Source: Marsupella aquatica
Lineage: Eukaryota > Plantae > Marchantiophyta
Assembly: GCA_973895155.1 (NCBI GenBank)
Contig: OZ316899.1
Span: 12,961,934-13,025,933 of the forward strand
DNA length: 64,000 nt
Reading direction: 5' to 3'
Positions 50,471 through 61,907 of the stretch are shown here, piece by piece. The notes below the pieces were generated by a model. The model worked only from the letters and a program-made list of their open reading frames with translations, was not told where the DNA came from and searched no databases. Both the position numbers and the translations under genes were made by a program. Numbering within the stretch: position 1 is the first letter of the stretch; each line of letters starts with the position of its first letter.

Positions 50471-52492
50471 GCACTTCCATGACGAGGACTACAGCAAGCA
50501 GTGAAGGTTGCGTCACTAAAGATAGATGCAGAAATTGAACCATTGAAGGATCAATCGCACTGAATGCTTTCGGGAGGTTGGAAGTTGCTGTACATTTCCA
50601 ATTGCCAGTCTTGAGCTCTCAAGCTGCATTGCATTGCATTGCAGTGTCGAGCCTCTGCAGTGTAGCAGGTAGGGGTGTGGCACATCAAATCTTGACTGGC
50701 TACCTAGCTCCGATTACATTAGACAGTATTTAATTACTAACCCAGTTCTACAAAAGAGTTCACTTCGGTTTTCAGTACATTCTTGCTATCTTTTCAAGGC
50801 GTGCTCCAAGCGATTGAGCGAATCGATTGAACGAAGTCCAAGATCATCGAAAACATCTGATCCCATTCCATGCATTCCAAAATAATCAGTGTAAAGTCAA
50901 GACGTACTTTGTACTGTTTGCCATTGCAGATGAATGACTGTATTTTTGATGCGCTCCTCAAAATGTTGCCTTCCTACTGTAGAGTGAGTTTCGCTAATGA
51001 TAATGTGCACTTGAGAAATAGTGCAAATAGAAAGTAAGTCTTGAACACTGACGAATTCCCACAAAAACACTTCACGAGTATCACAGAGAATTGTTACTCC
51101 TTCACAGGAGACAATCTGTCTGAACTGCTTCGGTCCAGAGCTCTGGCTGTAAAATTTTACAATGCTTACTCAATTTCTAATCCTCTGGACAGGCGACAGA
51201 ACCAGCAAAATCATCATCAATGAACTGAAGATATCATGATTTTGGTCGTAGTAATTCATGAGTAAAATTGCTAATCCTGGCATCAGCTTGACTGAGGAAA
51301 TACTGTCTTGTAGTGTGATTTAGCCGGAGCTGCAGCTGGAAATCTTGCTCTGCAAAACTTCCATAACTTTCTTGGATTGGACGATTAGTCATTGCGTCGA
51401 CTGCAGTCTGCTGAGCTAGCTTCATTGGCATCAGTATTGTCAGTTGGAAAATCCGGCTGTCCGAGTCTCCGCATCTTTCATTCATTGAAATCTGTCACGA
51501 ATTCATTACCATCACGACCATAGCGAATCAAACTAGCAGCTGGAATACACCGAATTCAAAGAAGGGAATGAACAGACAGATAAATGACTGGGCCCAATTG
51601 GTTCTATTCAAGAACGAAACTCCATTGTTGTAAATGATTTATACTGTTCTGGAGCTGCAATCCAACGAGGATTCCACCAGGCATAAGCTCATTATAAACA
51701 TTGTCTGACTGGGGAGGTGGGCATTGTGCTCTCTCATCTCTAGATTGTCTAACTCATGAGCATTATTCTCAATGGCGGGGAGGAGGCAAACTATCCTAGA
51801 ACTTGACATTCTGTGCACAGAATTCTGATAAGTGTTGTTCAATGTTGATTAAATGGTTACCATATGTGGGGTTTAACATAACTATGGTGTAGACTTTGTC
51901 AAATGGTTTGAACACATATGCAACTACATCAGAGTTTAAGGCTAGTGCACCTCCAAAAGTTTTTTGAAAGTTTTGGCTCAAAGTTGCACCAAGCAACTCA
52001 TGCAAGGAATCGTCAGTATGCGAGTAGGTTTAGTAACCTGACAATTTGCATTACCAACTAGCTTCAGGTTTTTGGCCAATGCAGTGGGAGGAAACAGGAA
52101 AAATCACTAGCGAGCTGAGCTTTTGCTAGCAAGGGATATGTTTTTTTTTTAATGGCATATTTAGTGCCTAGAAAGGATTTCACAAAAACAAACCAAGTAT
52201 TTCTCACAATTTTGATAATGCACATGGGTTGTCAGCGAGGGTGCTAGCCTTCTATGATACACCAAACTGGTTAAAATATTGACAAGGAAACCAATAAAGA
52301 TAATATGCAAACAGGCATTATTTGAATTGAAGTCTCATTCCAAACCAAACAAAAAGACATTGCCCACTCATCAAAATTTGCTGCCTCAATTACTTTATTG
52401 AAACTGAGAGTAAGTTCTCCAGAATGGCGAAAGAGATCAAGCTTTTTTTGTTGCTCCCCATTCAGTGGATAGACGAACAGACTAAAACTTCA

Positions 52493-54215
52493 CTAATTTG
52501 TGGAATGACTTTCATCTGATTCCAAATCATTCCTACTACTACTGCTGATTTCGTCACTGCTAAACTCCCTATCAGTTGACTCAGCAGATTTGTCAACATA
52601 TCTCTTACCAAGACAGTACAAATTCCTCTGAGTGCCACGATCTGAACTCCAACCTTTTCCTTCCCAAGTCATAACAAAAGTCTCATCTGCTTCAATTGCA
52701 GACTTCTCCACATAGCAAGGTAGAGTGAATGACTTCTCAGGCAAAAAAAAGCAAAGCTCCCTCAATTTCCTTTCGGAGCCAAAATCTCTCCCCAGAGAAC
52801 CAGTTATCATGCCAATCACTGAAAGAAGCAAAAATATCAGCAGCCAATTAATTCAAGGTGAACATAACTTTTCTCCAGACAGTTGGTATGAGTGAGAGGA
52901 TTTGGTATGAGACAGGATGAGTACATTACTCCAGGTCAAATTCATCCTGGTCATCTTTCCCATCCGGAGCAGGATCTTTAGTTCTTCCACCACTCAATCT
53001 TGCAAGAGTAAACTCATCATTTGAATCCCTGTCCTCCAATGGCTCAGTACCCGTCACGATTGTGATGTCTTCAATTTTCTTATGATGATCAAGAACCAAC
53101 TTCAAGGACTCCTGCACAGCATCATGGAGAAAATCCCTATCCTCAACCCCAACTACAAAGTACCTCCCTGAGAGTTCCCCCGCTCGGAATGAACTCCCAT
53201 CTCCAACATTCCAATCTAACACAATGTCTCTTGGCTTTGTCAAAAGCTCCATGGTGGCCTGCATGAATCCAACAGTAATCGACAAGACCCTGCAAAAGCT
53301 AAGTATGTCCTGACATTGCTTTTCGGGTAACAAAGACTGAGTAACTTGTTATGAGATGCATCCTCAGATGTTGCCAAGGGGTGTACTTCAGGTCCTTTGG
53401 GATCTTCTCATCGAATTCATCCCAACAAAACACATCCAGACTGAGATTGCAAATGTGGAAAGAGACAAAATGTCAAATGCTGAAGCTGTGAAGGCCAACG
53501 ACCTCACTGATGAAAAATGCCCATCATTTAAACCACAAAATATCGATATCTCACCTCAACATCGTTATCTGGCATCTACATAGGGGAACCCAACAAAACG
53601 TGGTAGTGGCAGGGATGTTTGAATTTATTCCTCTGCTCAATGGCAGCAAAATCTGCTTCATGTGGTTAAATTCTCCACTATGGAGAACAACCACATACAC
53701 ATCATCGGACAACATCGGCCTCATGACTCCAAAGAAATAATGAGAAAGTTCCTCCATCCAAACATTCCATTCGGGAACCTTGACATCAATAACATGAGGC
53801 CTTAGTCCTGTTGGAAGAGCAATGAACCCAAGATGGGCACCCGTCCCAGTGTAAGGCTTGCCATTGATTCTGAGAGGATTTGGATGTTCAGGAGAACTCA
53901 AAATCTCACTCAGCCAGTGATCCCCTCCCCCCATCCACAAAGGTCATACTTTCTTCAGACTAATTGAGTCTGCTGTCAAATGCAAATTACTCTTGCCAAA
54001 GAAATGTCGATTCCCGTTCAGCTGAAGTCCACAGATCCTCATCACACCCTCACTGATCAACCCTTCCTCGTCTTCTGAATCTGAGAGTACTTGAACCTTT
54101 TCTCTTCTTCTGAAGCTTATCACCAAATGGTTTTGTCACAATCTCAAAATCCAGAGATTCAGGTTCAATTGGATCCCGTCTGAACACTCTGCAAAGCTGT
54201 CAATCTTCCCTTTTC
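52493..54215 (-). pseudogene. Decayed multi-exon gene with a beta-class N4/N6 DNA methyltransferase-like domain, probably a transposon accessory gene (5' part displaced by the copia insertion)
   Basis: FMQATMELLTKPRDIVLDWNVGDGSSFRAGELSGRYFVVGVE aligns by eye with N6_N4_Mtase motifs X-I-II (LIELSTKPGDIVLDPFAGSGTT..A..LGRRFIGIE). Upstream LGFIALPTG...EWNVWMEELSHYFFGVMRPMLSDDVYVVVLHS sits where motifs IV-VI would be. GT-AG introns, stops and frameshifts are present. Confidence 0.6.
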
Positions 54216-54310
54216 TGGACAACAAAAGAGAACCAAAAACCTCAGAAAACTTGAATTTGCAAAGAATGGATTGAACATTATAAGCCGGTTGGGAATTAAA
54301 ATTATGAACC

Positions 54311-54461
54311 TGTTATAAGTTAAAGTTAACCCTAGATAAAGAGGTTAAGGAGTAGTTACATAACTACCTCCATATAACCACACATTTGTACTCAACACTT
54401 ACATTATTATGAATGTTGGAGGTTGGAGCAAATTTTTGGCTATGGTGTCCTCAATCTAACA
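54311..54461 (+). repeat. 5' LTR of copia element 2 (151 bp)
   Basis: TGTTATAA...CTAACA immediately followed by the Bianca PBS; left flank GAACC. Confidence 0.85.
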
Positions 54462-57400
54462 CGTTATCAGCACGTCTCTTTGAGCAATTTTTTATTGAAC
54501 GGCCATACAAGCATGAGAAAGGAGATTGCCCCCCAACCTATCGACAATATTTCCCTTTTTCAATCAATAGGATCCTAACCCAATACGAAAGTGCCAGAAA
54601 TTGAATTTCTGAATCCTCCATAAATTGCATACTGCTCGGTGGTCACTCCCTCCCTCCCAAATTTAGGAAGAATTGCAAGGCGGGGACCATTTTCCTATAT
54701 GGACACGGCTTGGATATCCACAAATTTCAAATCAACAGTATCCCACACACAATTTCCTTTACAAGGATCACACTCCAAGAAGGAAATCCGGACGGGCTGA
54801 CAAGAGAAGCAGTTACACACAAATACGCCTCGACAAAAGCCTAGAGTCTCCCCTTTTACAAATGCAAAAATTGGATGCGGCCTTAAAATCAAGCACATTA
54901 GTCAAGGCCCGAAAGGGTGACAGTTGATCCCCTACATTATAGATCAATACGACTGCCGCATCATTGACAGTTACACGACAATAATAGCGCTAGAAAAGCT
55001 CAGCTTTCAAGAATTGGCAATTGATGGATCAAATTATTTATCTTGGTCTCTCGATATGGAGGCGCACCTCGCAGCGAAAGACCTCCCAGACACAATAATT
55101 ACAGATCAAGGACCTACGCTACGAGAAAAAGCAAAGGCCCTTGTTTTCATAAGGCACCATCTAGCAGATGCTCTGAAAACCCAATACTTAAATGAATACA
55201 ATCCGAGAATATTATGGGACGAATTGAAACCTTTGATTCGATCACATGCGGCTCATCTCATTACCAGCAGCGAGACACGACTGGATCAACCTCAGGGTGC
55301 AAGACCACAAGACCGTTGCAGAGTACAATAACGAATTATTCTGAATAGCCTCACAACTTGCGATCTGTGGGAACCCGGTCGATGATGCAGAGCAGATCAA
55401 GAAGACCCTATCAACATTCCATGCAACTAACTTAGTATTATCTGCCCAATACAGAAATATGGCATTCACGAGATACTCCCAATTAATTGCACACATGTTA
55501 TTAGCAGAGAAGCATCAACTACTACTCCTGGAGAATTCGAAGGCAAGACCCCCAGGTACCCTCCCACCTATAACCAAACCTGAATCACAATACAATAGCA
55601 GAAATCAAAGGGGGAGGGGTACCTTCAGGGGGAGGGGCGAAAACTATGCAGGCCGAGGTCGAAGCCAATTTGCAAGAGGAAGGGGCTCAGGACGCATGAA
55701 CAACCCCAAAAATAATCAAACAAAGTGGCAAAGTCGAAGCAGTGATCGTGGCAGAGGGCGGAGTCGACCCAACAATAACAATATATCAGATAAGAGGAAC
55801 AACCCTCCCAAATGTTTCAGATGTGGCACACTAGGACATACAAGAAATGAATGTAGGGCACCCTTGCATTTAGTTAAACTTTATCAGAACAGCATAAACT
55901 ACCCTATAAGAGAACCCCAAGGAAATTTTTTGGAATTACCACAAGACCTCACCCAATATATTACTGAACCAGCCTCACCCGAAATACACGCAATTATTTA
56001 TGGAATAGAGAGGCCAAACTTAGCAGACCCAACAACCTGCATAATAGACAGCGGCACCTCACATACCATCTTAAAGGATAGAAAATACTTCACTAGCATC
56101 ATACCATCATCCAGAACTATTACTACAATCTCCGGACAAAAACAGATTGAACATGGCCATGGTAAGGCTGCCGTAATATTCCCAAGAAGGACAGTGATCC
56201 ACATAGAATCTGTGATATACGCCCCCCACAGCCACAAGAAACCTGATTAGTTTTCAGGACATCAGGGCAAATGACTTACATATCCACACAAATATACACA
56301 AGAACAGAGAAGTACTATACATTCTCAAGAAGACCAAAAAGGGACTACAGATCCGAGAAATACTCTCAGCAGAACCCCCAGGATTATATGTGACCCAAAT
56401 ACAGTCACACTATGCCGAAGATAAACAAGAGAGTATTGCCATTACATGGCATAATCGGTTGGGACATCCCGACACAAACATGTACCATAAAATCTTTAAA
56501 GATTCAGTGGGCATACCACAAGCAGCTAAAATACCTCCCAAACGAGAACCCTACAGAGCATGCTCGCAGGGTAAGCTAATCACCCGCCCAGAAATTACCA
56601 AATCGGTGTATACTATCCCCAAATTCCTGGAGCAACTCAATGCAGATGTTTGTCCATTGACCTACCTAGTGGACCATTCAGGTTCTTCCTGGTCCTGATC
56701 GACTCATCGTCCAAGTGATCCCAAGTGTCCCTACTATCAATGAGAAACCTAGTATTCTCAAGAATCCTAGTGAATATACTTAAGTTAAGAGCTTAGTTTC
56801 CTGAAAACCCAATACGCATCATACGAGTTGATGGAGCAGGAGAATTTACTTCCAAGACATTTAATGACTTCTGCATTACCGCTTGAATCAAAGCCCAATA
56901 CTCTGTCCCGTATGTACACTTCCAAAATGGGATAGCCGAGTCAGTGATTAAAAGATTACAGATGATTGCACGCCCATTATTAATGCAAACCAAACTCCCA
57001 GCAACAGCATGGGGACATGCCATACTACACGCAGCATCCCTACTACAGTATAGACCTTCATCTTTCAACTCATTGTCCCCACACCACCTAGCATACGGCC
57101 TACCCCCGAACCTCACCCACTTGGAAACATTTGGATGCCAGGTGCTAGTACCAATCTTGGGCCCTAAACGCACCAAATTGGGCCCCCAAAGGCAAGTAGG
57201 AATCTATGTCGGTTTTGATTCTCCATCCATTATAAGATTCCTAGAACCTACTACCGGGGACGTTTATAAAGCCAGATTTCAGGACTGTCACTTCTTCAAG
57301 AACACATACCCAAAACTGACAACCGGAAAACAAGAGGACATGACTGCAGCACCTCAATTACTATGGAAAACTAAGGACATACTCCTAAATGACCCGAGAA

Positions 57401-57775
57401 CGAGACAAGCAGATGAAGAAGTTAGACGAGTCTTACATTTAAACCAAATATTGAACACATTACCAGATGCGTTCAATGATGCTGCTGCAGTAACCCGCTC
57501 TCACATAGAGGCCGCAAATGTACCTGCATGTATTAAACCCATGCAAATTGAAGTAGCTGAGGTACCACCTAAAGCTAAGCGAGGCCGACCCCTAGGATCT
57601 AGAGATACTCGCCCTAGACAGAAAAAGAATACAACACCCACGACTACACCACCTATAGACAACATCAGTGAAGAAACCAATACAAATCCACCACAAGACA
57701 ACGAGGAAATATCAATATAGTATATGCATACAGGACGAGTGTGGCAGGGAGCACAAACTACAATAAATGAACAAT
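54311..57775 (+). mobile_element. Second Bianca-type Ty1/copia element (5' part), interrupted by a gypsy insertion
   Basis: LTR 54311-54461 (TG...CA); PBS cgttatcagcacg at 54462; gag (IDGSNYLSWSLDMEAHL, CFRCGTLGHTRNEC); protease (CIIDSGTSH); integrase (WGHAILHAA, GIYVGFDSPSIIRFLEP). Stops and frameshifts. Ends abruptly at 57775. Confidence 0.92.
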
Positions 57776-58142
57776 TGTGACATCGCCGGTACGGTGGCTA
57801 ATAAATGATTTGGCCTAACCACGCTTAGCACGCGCAATAGAGGTATCTTAGACCGTAATTATTAGCATAACAACAGTATTTAGGTAGCCATTATCAGTAG
57901 GAAATCATTAGTCAATAAGGGGCGTTCATGTTCGGGCTGGCGGCGGGTCGCCATTTGCACGCCCGGGTTGCGAGCGTGTAATGGGCCCTCCCCTTTTCCC
58001 CTCGGGTCTGTATAACAAACTTCGGGAGGCGGCCACTGACACGCACTGACCCGGACTGGCAGAGTGGCCGGTACACTGCAAGCGTGAAAGGCTCGGCCTA
58101 TAAACGATGAGGAGGCGACGGGCGATCAACGAGCTCTCAAGG

Positions 58143-58150
58143 TATAAAAA
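58143..58150 (+). promoter_or_regulatory. TATA box of the gypsy LTR promoter (putative)
   Basis: ggTATAAAAAgggggcc followed by a pyrimidine-rich leader, about 370 bp from the element start. Confidence 0.55.
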
Positions 58151-58317
58151 GGGGGCCGATCCTTTGCAGTGCACCAGTTCTTCAGTCCACGCGCCAACTT
58201 TGACCCTAGTTCTCTCGCTTATCCTTAGTTGCCTTCCATCTCCTCTGAATATCGCACACAATCCTTTCCAGTTTGGCCATACAATTTTGGACGTAGTTCC
58301 TCTCTATCGGAGGGCAC

Positions 58318-60895
58318 TTGGCCGACTCGTTGAAACACGCCAACCCGCAACGATACAAGATCAAACGCGAGTACGAGAGAGCCATCCGCCTAGCAGGCCG
58401 CCATCACTATCTCCTTAACTTTGATTACCCGTCCCAGAGCGAGCTTTACCAACCCAAAGAAATATCAGGGTACTTCTTCGACAGAGGCAAATATATCGGC
58501 TTTTGGGAGGCATTGCTTTGGCTCCCGGACGAGGTCTTCAATATCTCGGGCACAATCGATTTACAGCGACACCACTTTGACCACATCCCCGCTCAGGTCC
58601 GGGACATCATCAACAGCGAGTCCAGTGCTACCCGATCTACAAGGGCGTCTACACTTGCATCAGAAAACCTCTACCGACACCTACAGAATTTCATGGCAAC
58701 TACACCATCGACCACCGGTGCCAGCCCAGCCATGCTTGTACCCGCACCAGCCCAGGCTCAGGCTCAGTCTTAGCCTCAACCTCAACCTCAGCCTAGCCGA
58801 TCCCCACCGCCAGTCGTCCCGCCAATACAAGTACGCTCCGTCGTCAATGCTGTGGACCTCAGCAACGATGAAGATGATACCTTACCCCTGCTCAGGCGGC
58901 CTAGAGGAGCAAGCACCCAGGGATCCGGCACTACATCGCCCCTTCCCCAGGCCCGGACCCGAGTAGCATCTCCAACGGATAACATGGTGACCGTAGCCTC
59001 CCCGACCCCAATACTAACGGCAGTGGCACTACCCATACCCAATCGGGAGGATGGGGAGGTGTCACCCTCCCCGAGCCATCACGAGAGCCAGTCTCGGGGA
59101 AAGAAGAGGAAGGAACCCGCAGCTGTATCCGGGTTACCCATGGCCACGGTAGCCGCGGCCAAGGTAAATGCATCGCATGGGGGAAAACGTGCATAAGAAC
59201 ATCCTCCACCCCAAACATGCGGTGTACTTGAAGACTCAGGGGTTTGAGCACCTCGCCTCTCTCCCCTGGAACACGTGCAGATACTACGGGGAGGACATGA
59301 TGGAGTTTGTCAAGAATTATGACGATGTCTGTCAGCATACTCGGCTGCGGGGGAGGAATATGTCCCTCACAGAGGAGCGGCCCAGGATGATCTTTGGGCT
59401 ACCCGAGGGCGATCACCAAGTTGAATCACGGGGTCTCGGGGGCAAGGGAGCCAAGTACCAATCCTCGAGTTTTCCCTCCGAGGGGTCAGTGGACAACGGG
59501 TTCGTGATGAGGACCTGCCTAATCCCCGAGATAGCTGAGCGGCTGGAGTTCCAGAGGTACGCCCTCCACATGATGGAACCCCGGGGTGAGATCTTCGCTG
59601 CCCAGGTTATCCAGGTCGAGAACTATCGACCTAGGAAGTGGGCTTCGTACTTTGCTAAGAAGTTCCACAAAGAGATGGAGCGGCGAACGAAGTCGCTATA
59701 CATCAGCGGGAAGGCATATTTTGCGAGCCACATTGAGATCATTCTTGAGTGGTACGCCCGGTTTGATCAACAAACCCTTCCCCGGGTCAACGTAACTAAG
59801 TTGGTCCCGACTAAGTGGATCTTCCCGGCCTTGGAGAGATGGCCTCAACCCGAGGCCCAAAGTCTGGCGGCTACGCAGGCCTCACCCATCCAACCTCCAC
59901 AGGTAGCGGTAGCCGTGGCCGAAGAAGTACCGGAAGAGGCAGTGATCGCAACCTTAGATGCGATCAACCAGGCCGGGCCTGGTGCAGAAGTTGGGGCGGT
60001 GGAGGCCTTGCCCGAGCCCGAGGGTCCAGAAGACCCACCAATGGCTATTCCAGAGGACAGCTTGATGGTGGAGGAGGACACTCCAGCCCCTTCCAACACT
60101 ACACCCCCAGGGCTGGATGTCACTACCCTGGCTCCCACGCGAGTTAACGTCTGCCCGTGCCCAACTCCAGACGGGCATAACCTGGACCACCCGGAACTCT
60201 TTGTACAGGGTACATTTCTAAATGGGCTTTTGGGATATTTCTCCCAACAGATAGTCCGGGATACCGGGGAGTTCATGGCTCCAAAGGTAGCCTACTTCTT
60301 CAATCAGGAGTTGGTTACCGCAGTAAAGGCAGGTCGGGCTCAATCGGAGGCCCTTCAGCGGATAGAGCGGTACCGGGTTGAGTCCGTGTACCTAAAGGAT
60401 GAAGTTGCAGCTCAAGAAGCTGAGCTTTTGCAACTACGACCCAAGGTTGCAGCCACCGATGAGTTGTTAGCAAATGCGCATGCCCTTACCGCCTTAGCCA
60501 AACAGGCCAAAGCCGGGAAGGAGGCCAAGATTGCACGGCTCCAGACCCAGGTTGACAGTTTGAAGAACCAAACTGTCATCTGGCAGAAAGACCTAGAGGA
60601 GGCCAAAGAGCGGGCCCAACGTGACACTGCGGAGATTGCCACCCTGCAGGCCAAAGTGGCACGGCTCCAAGCCGAAGCCGAGAAACAGACCCAGGTGGTG
60701 GACAAGCTGACGAGCAACGCCTAGCAACTGGAAGAGGCATGCCAGGAGGCAGCTCAGGAGATGGACGCGGCGAAGCCAGAAAACAAATCTCTGCTAGACC
60801 AAGTCCAACTCCTCAAGGCGGACAACGACAGACTCCGTAGGCAGCGGGATGGCCGCTCCCACTCGGACGGCTCTGGCAAGCGCACCAGACATTAG
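58318..60895 (+). pseudogene. Accessory ORF (about 860 codons originally): Athila ORF/plant transposon protein-like domain plus C-terminal coiled coil
   Basis: ORFs 58318-58773 and 58852-59196 share one frame (internal TAG, probably from CAG). A frameshift near 59165 leads into 59168-60724, which continues past another TAG to 60895. YGEDMMEFVKNYD...LRGRNMSLTEE..RMIFGLP resembles the Athila-type LVREFYAN...VRG...ILGLP motif. Confidence 0.7.
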
Positions 60896-61791
60896 CGGAG
60901 GGTTAGGCTTAGAATATACTTAGGAGTAGCTAAAACAGGCTAGTAGGACAAGTGCCGGCCAGAAGATAGCGGCGCTGACAACATTAGCGAGCCTGCATAG
61001 AATAGGTTAGACTAATAGGACAAGCAGGCACCAGCTTAGCAAGGATATAAGTTAGCGTAGATTCAGGCACGAGGCCAGGCCGGTCCTCGGCCCTTAGTAT
61101 TTAGCGGCCCCCCAGTAGAGGCAAGGGGAGGGGGATTTTAGACTCAGAGGTTGGCCATTTGCAGTACGCATGGGGAGTCCCAAACTCAATGAAGTACCGG
61201 AGTGCCAAGGGGAGGGTATACGACTAAGCTTGCTGGGTGAGTGCGGAGCCGGGCTCTGTTGTAGTGTATACTCCTCGGCCTTGGGCCTATTTGTTCACGA
61301 GGTGTCGGGTCAACCAATCGTAAAGTGTATGATCATAAATGAATGAAATCCTTTCTCCTTAATTCCTTCATGTAAATCAAGATTTCTGTTATGTATGAAT
61401 GCATCTATGAGTCTTGTGTGCAAGTATCAACGCCGGGCCGAACACGTTATGCCAACCGTGCACGGAGTGCCGGATACGGGTACGGGGTTGCGAGCCCGGG
61501 TTGAGCCCTTGTACTAATGGATCCGGATCAAAGGCGGTAACACAAAGGCTTAGAAGTCCGTGAGCCGGGGTCAACCCCGTGTCGACTAAGGTACATTCCG
61601 GCGGCGGAACACAAACTATACCTAGGAGGTGTCTATACATAACAGTAAGCGCACTTAGCGCTAGTTTACATGAGTTAGGAGCATTATGTGCGTCCCTCCC
61701 TGCCCGAACCCTCATATTTACAAAGGATGTGCTTGTCTAAGCCAAAGCTTGGGTTAAGGCCTAGGCTGACAACGTGACATAGCCTTTGTTT

Positions 61792-61810
61792 TGGCGCTAG
61801 ATGGAGGGGG
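61792..61810 (+). promoter_or_regulatory. Primer-binding site of the gypsy element (putative)
   Basis: TGGCGCTAGATGGAGGGGG; TGG is complementary to the tRNA CCA end. Lies 116 bp before the gag ATG. Confidence 0.7.
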
Positions 61811-61907
61811 CATTCTACGTGTAGTAGAGGGGAGACATGTGCGAATGCACTAGGGCGAGGTACACCAGTCCCCAATTCGTTACTAACCATTGTCATTATA
61901 CGAGTAG

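Noticed and set aside
50068-50543. Repetitive ORFs on both strands as proteins
   Set aside because: They arise from the 138-bp (multiple of 3) tandem duplication and contain no protein motif.
56215-56250. Programmed frameshift after the copia protease motif
   Set aside because: One extra C in a C run explains the shift, and copia element 1 has no matching slip at the same site.
61115-61215. Polypurine runs as a PPT marking a 3' LTR start
   Set aside because: Neither run is followed by a TG start that resembles 57776, so they do not define an LTR boundary.
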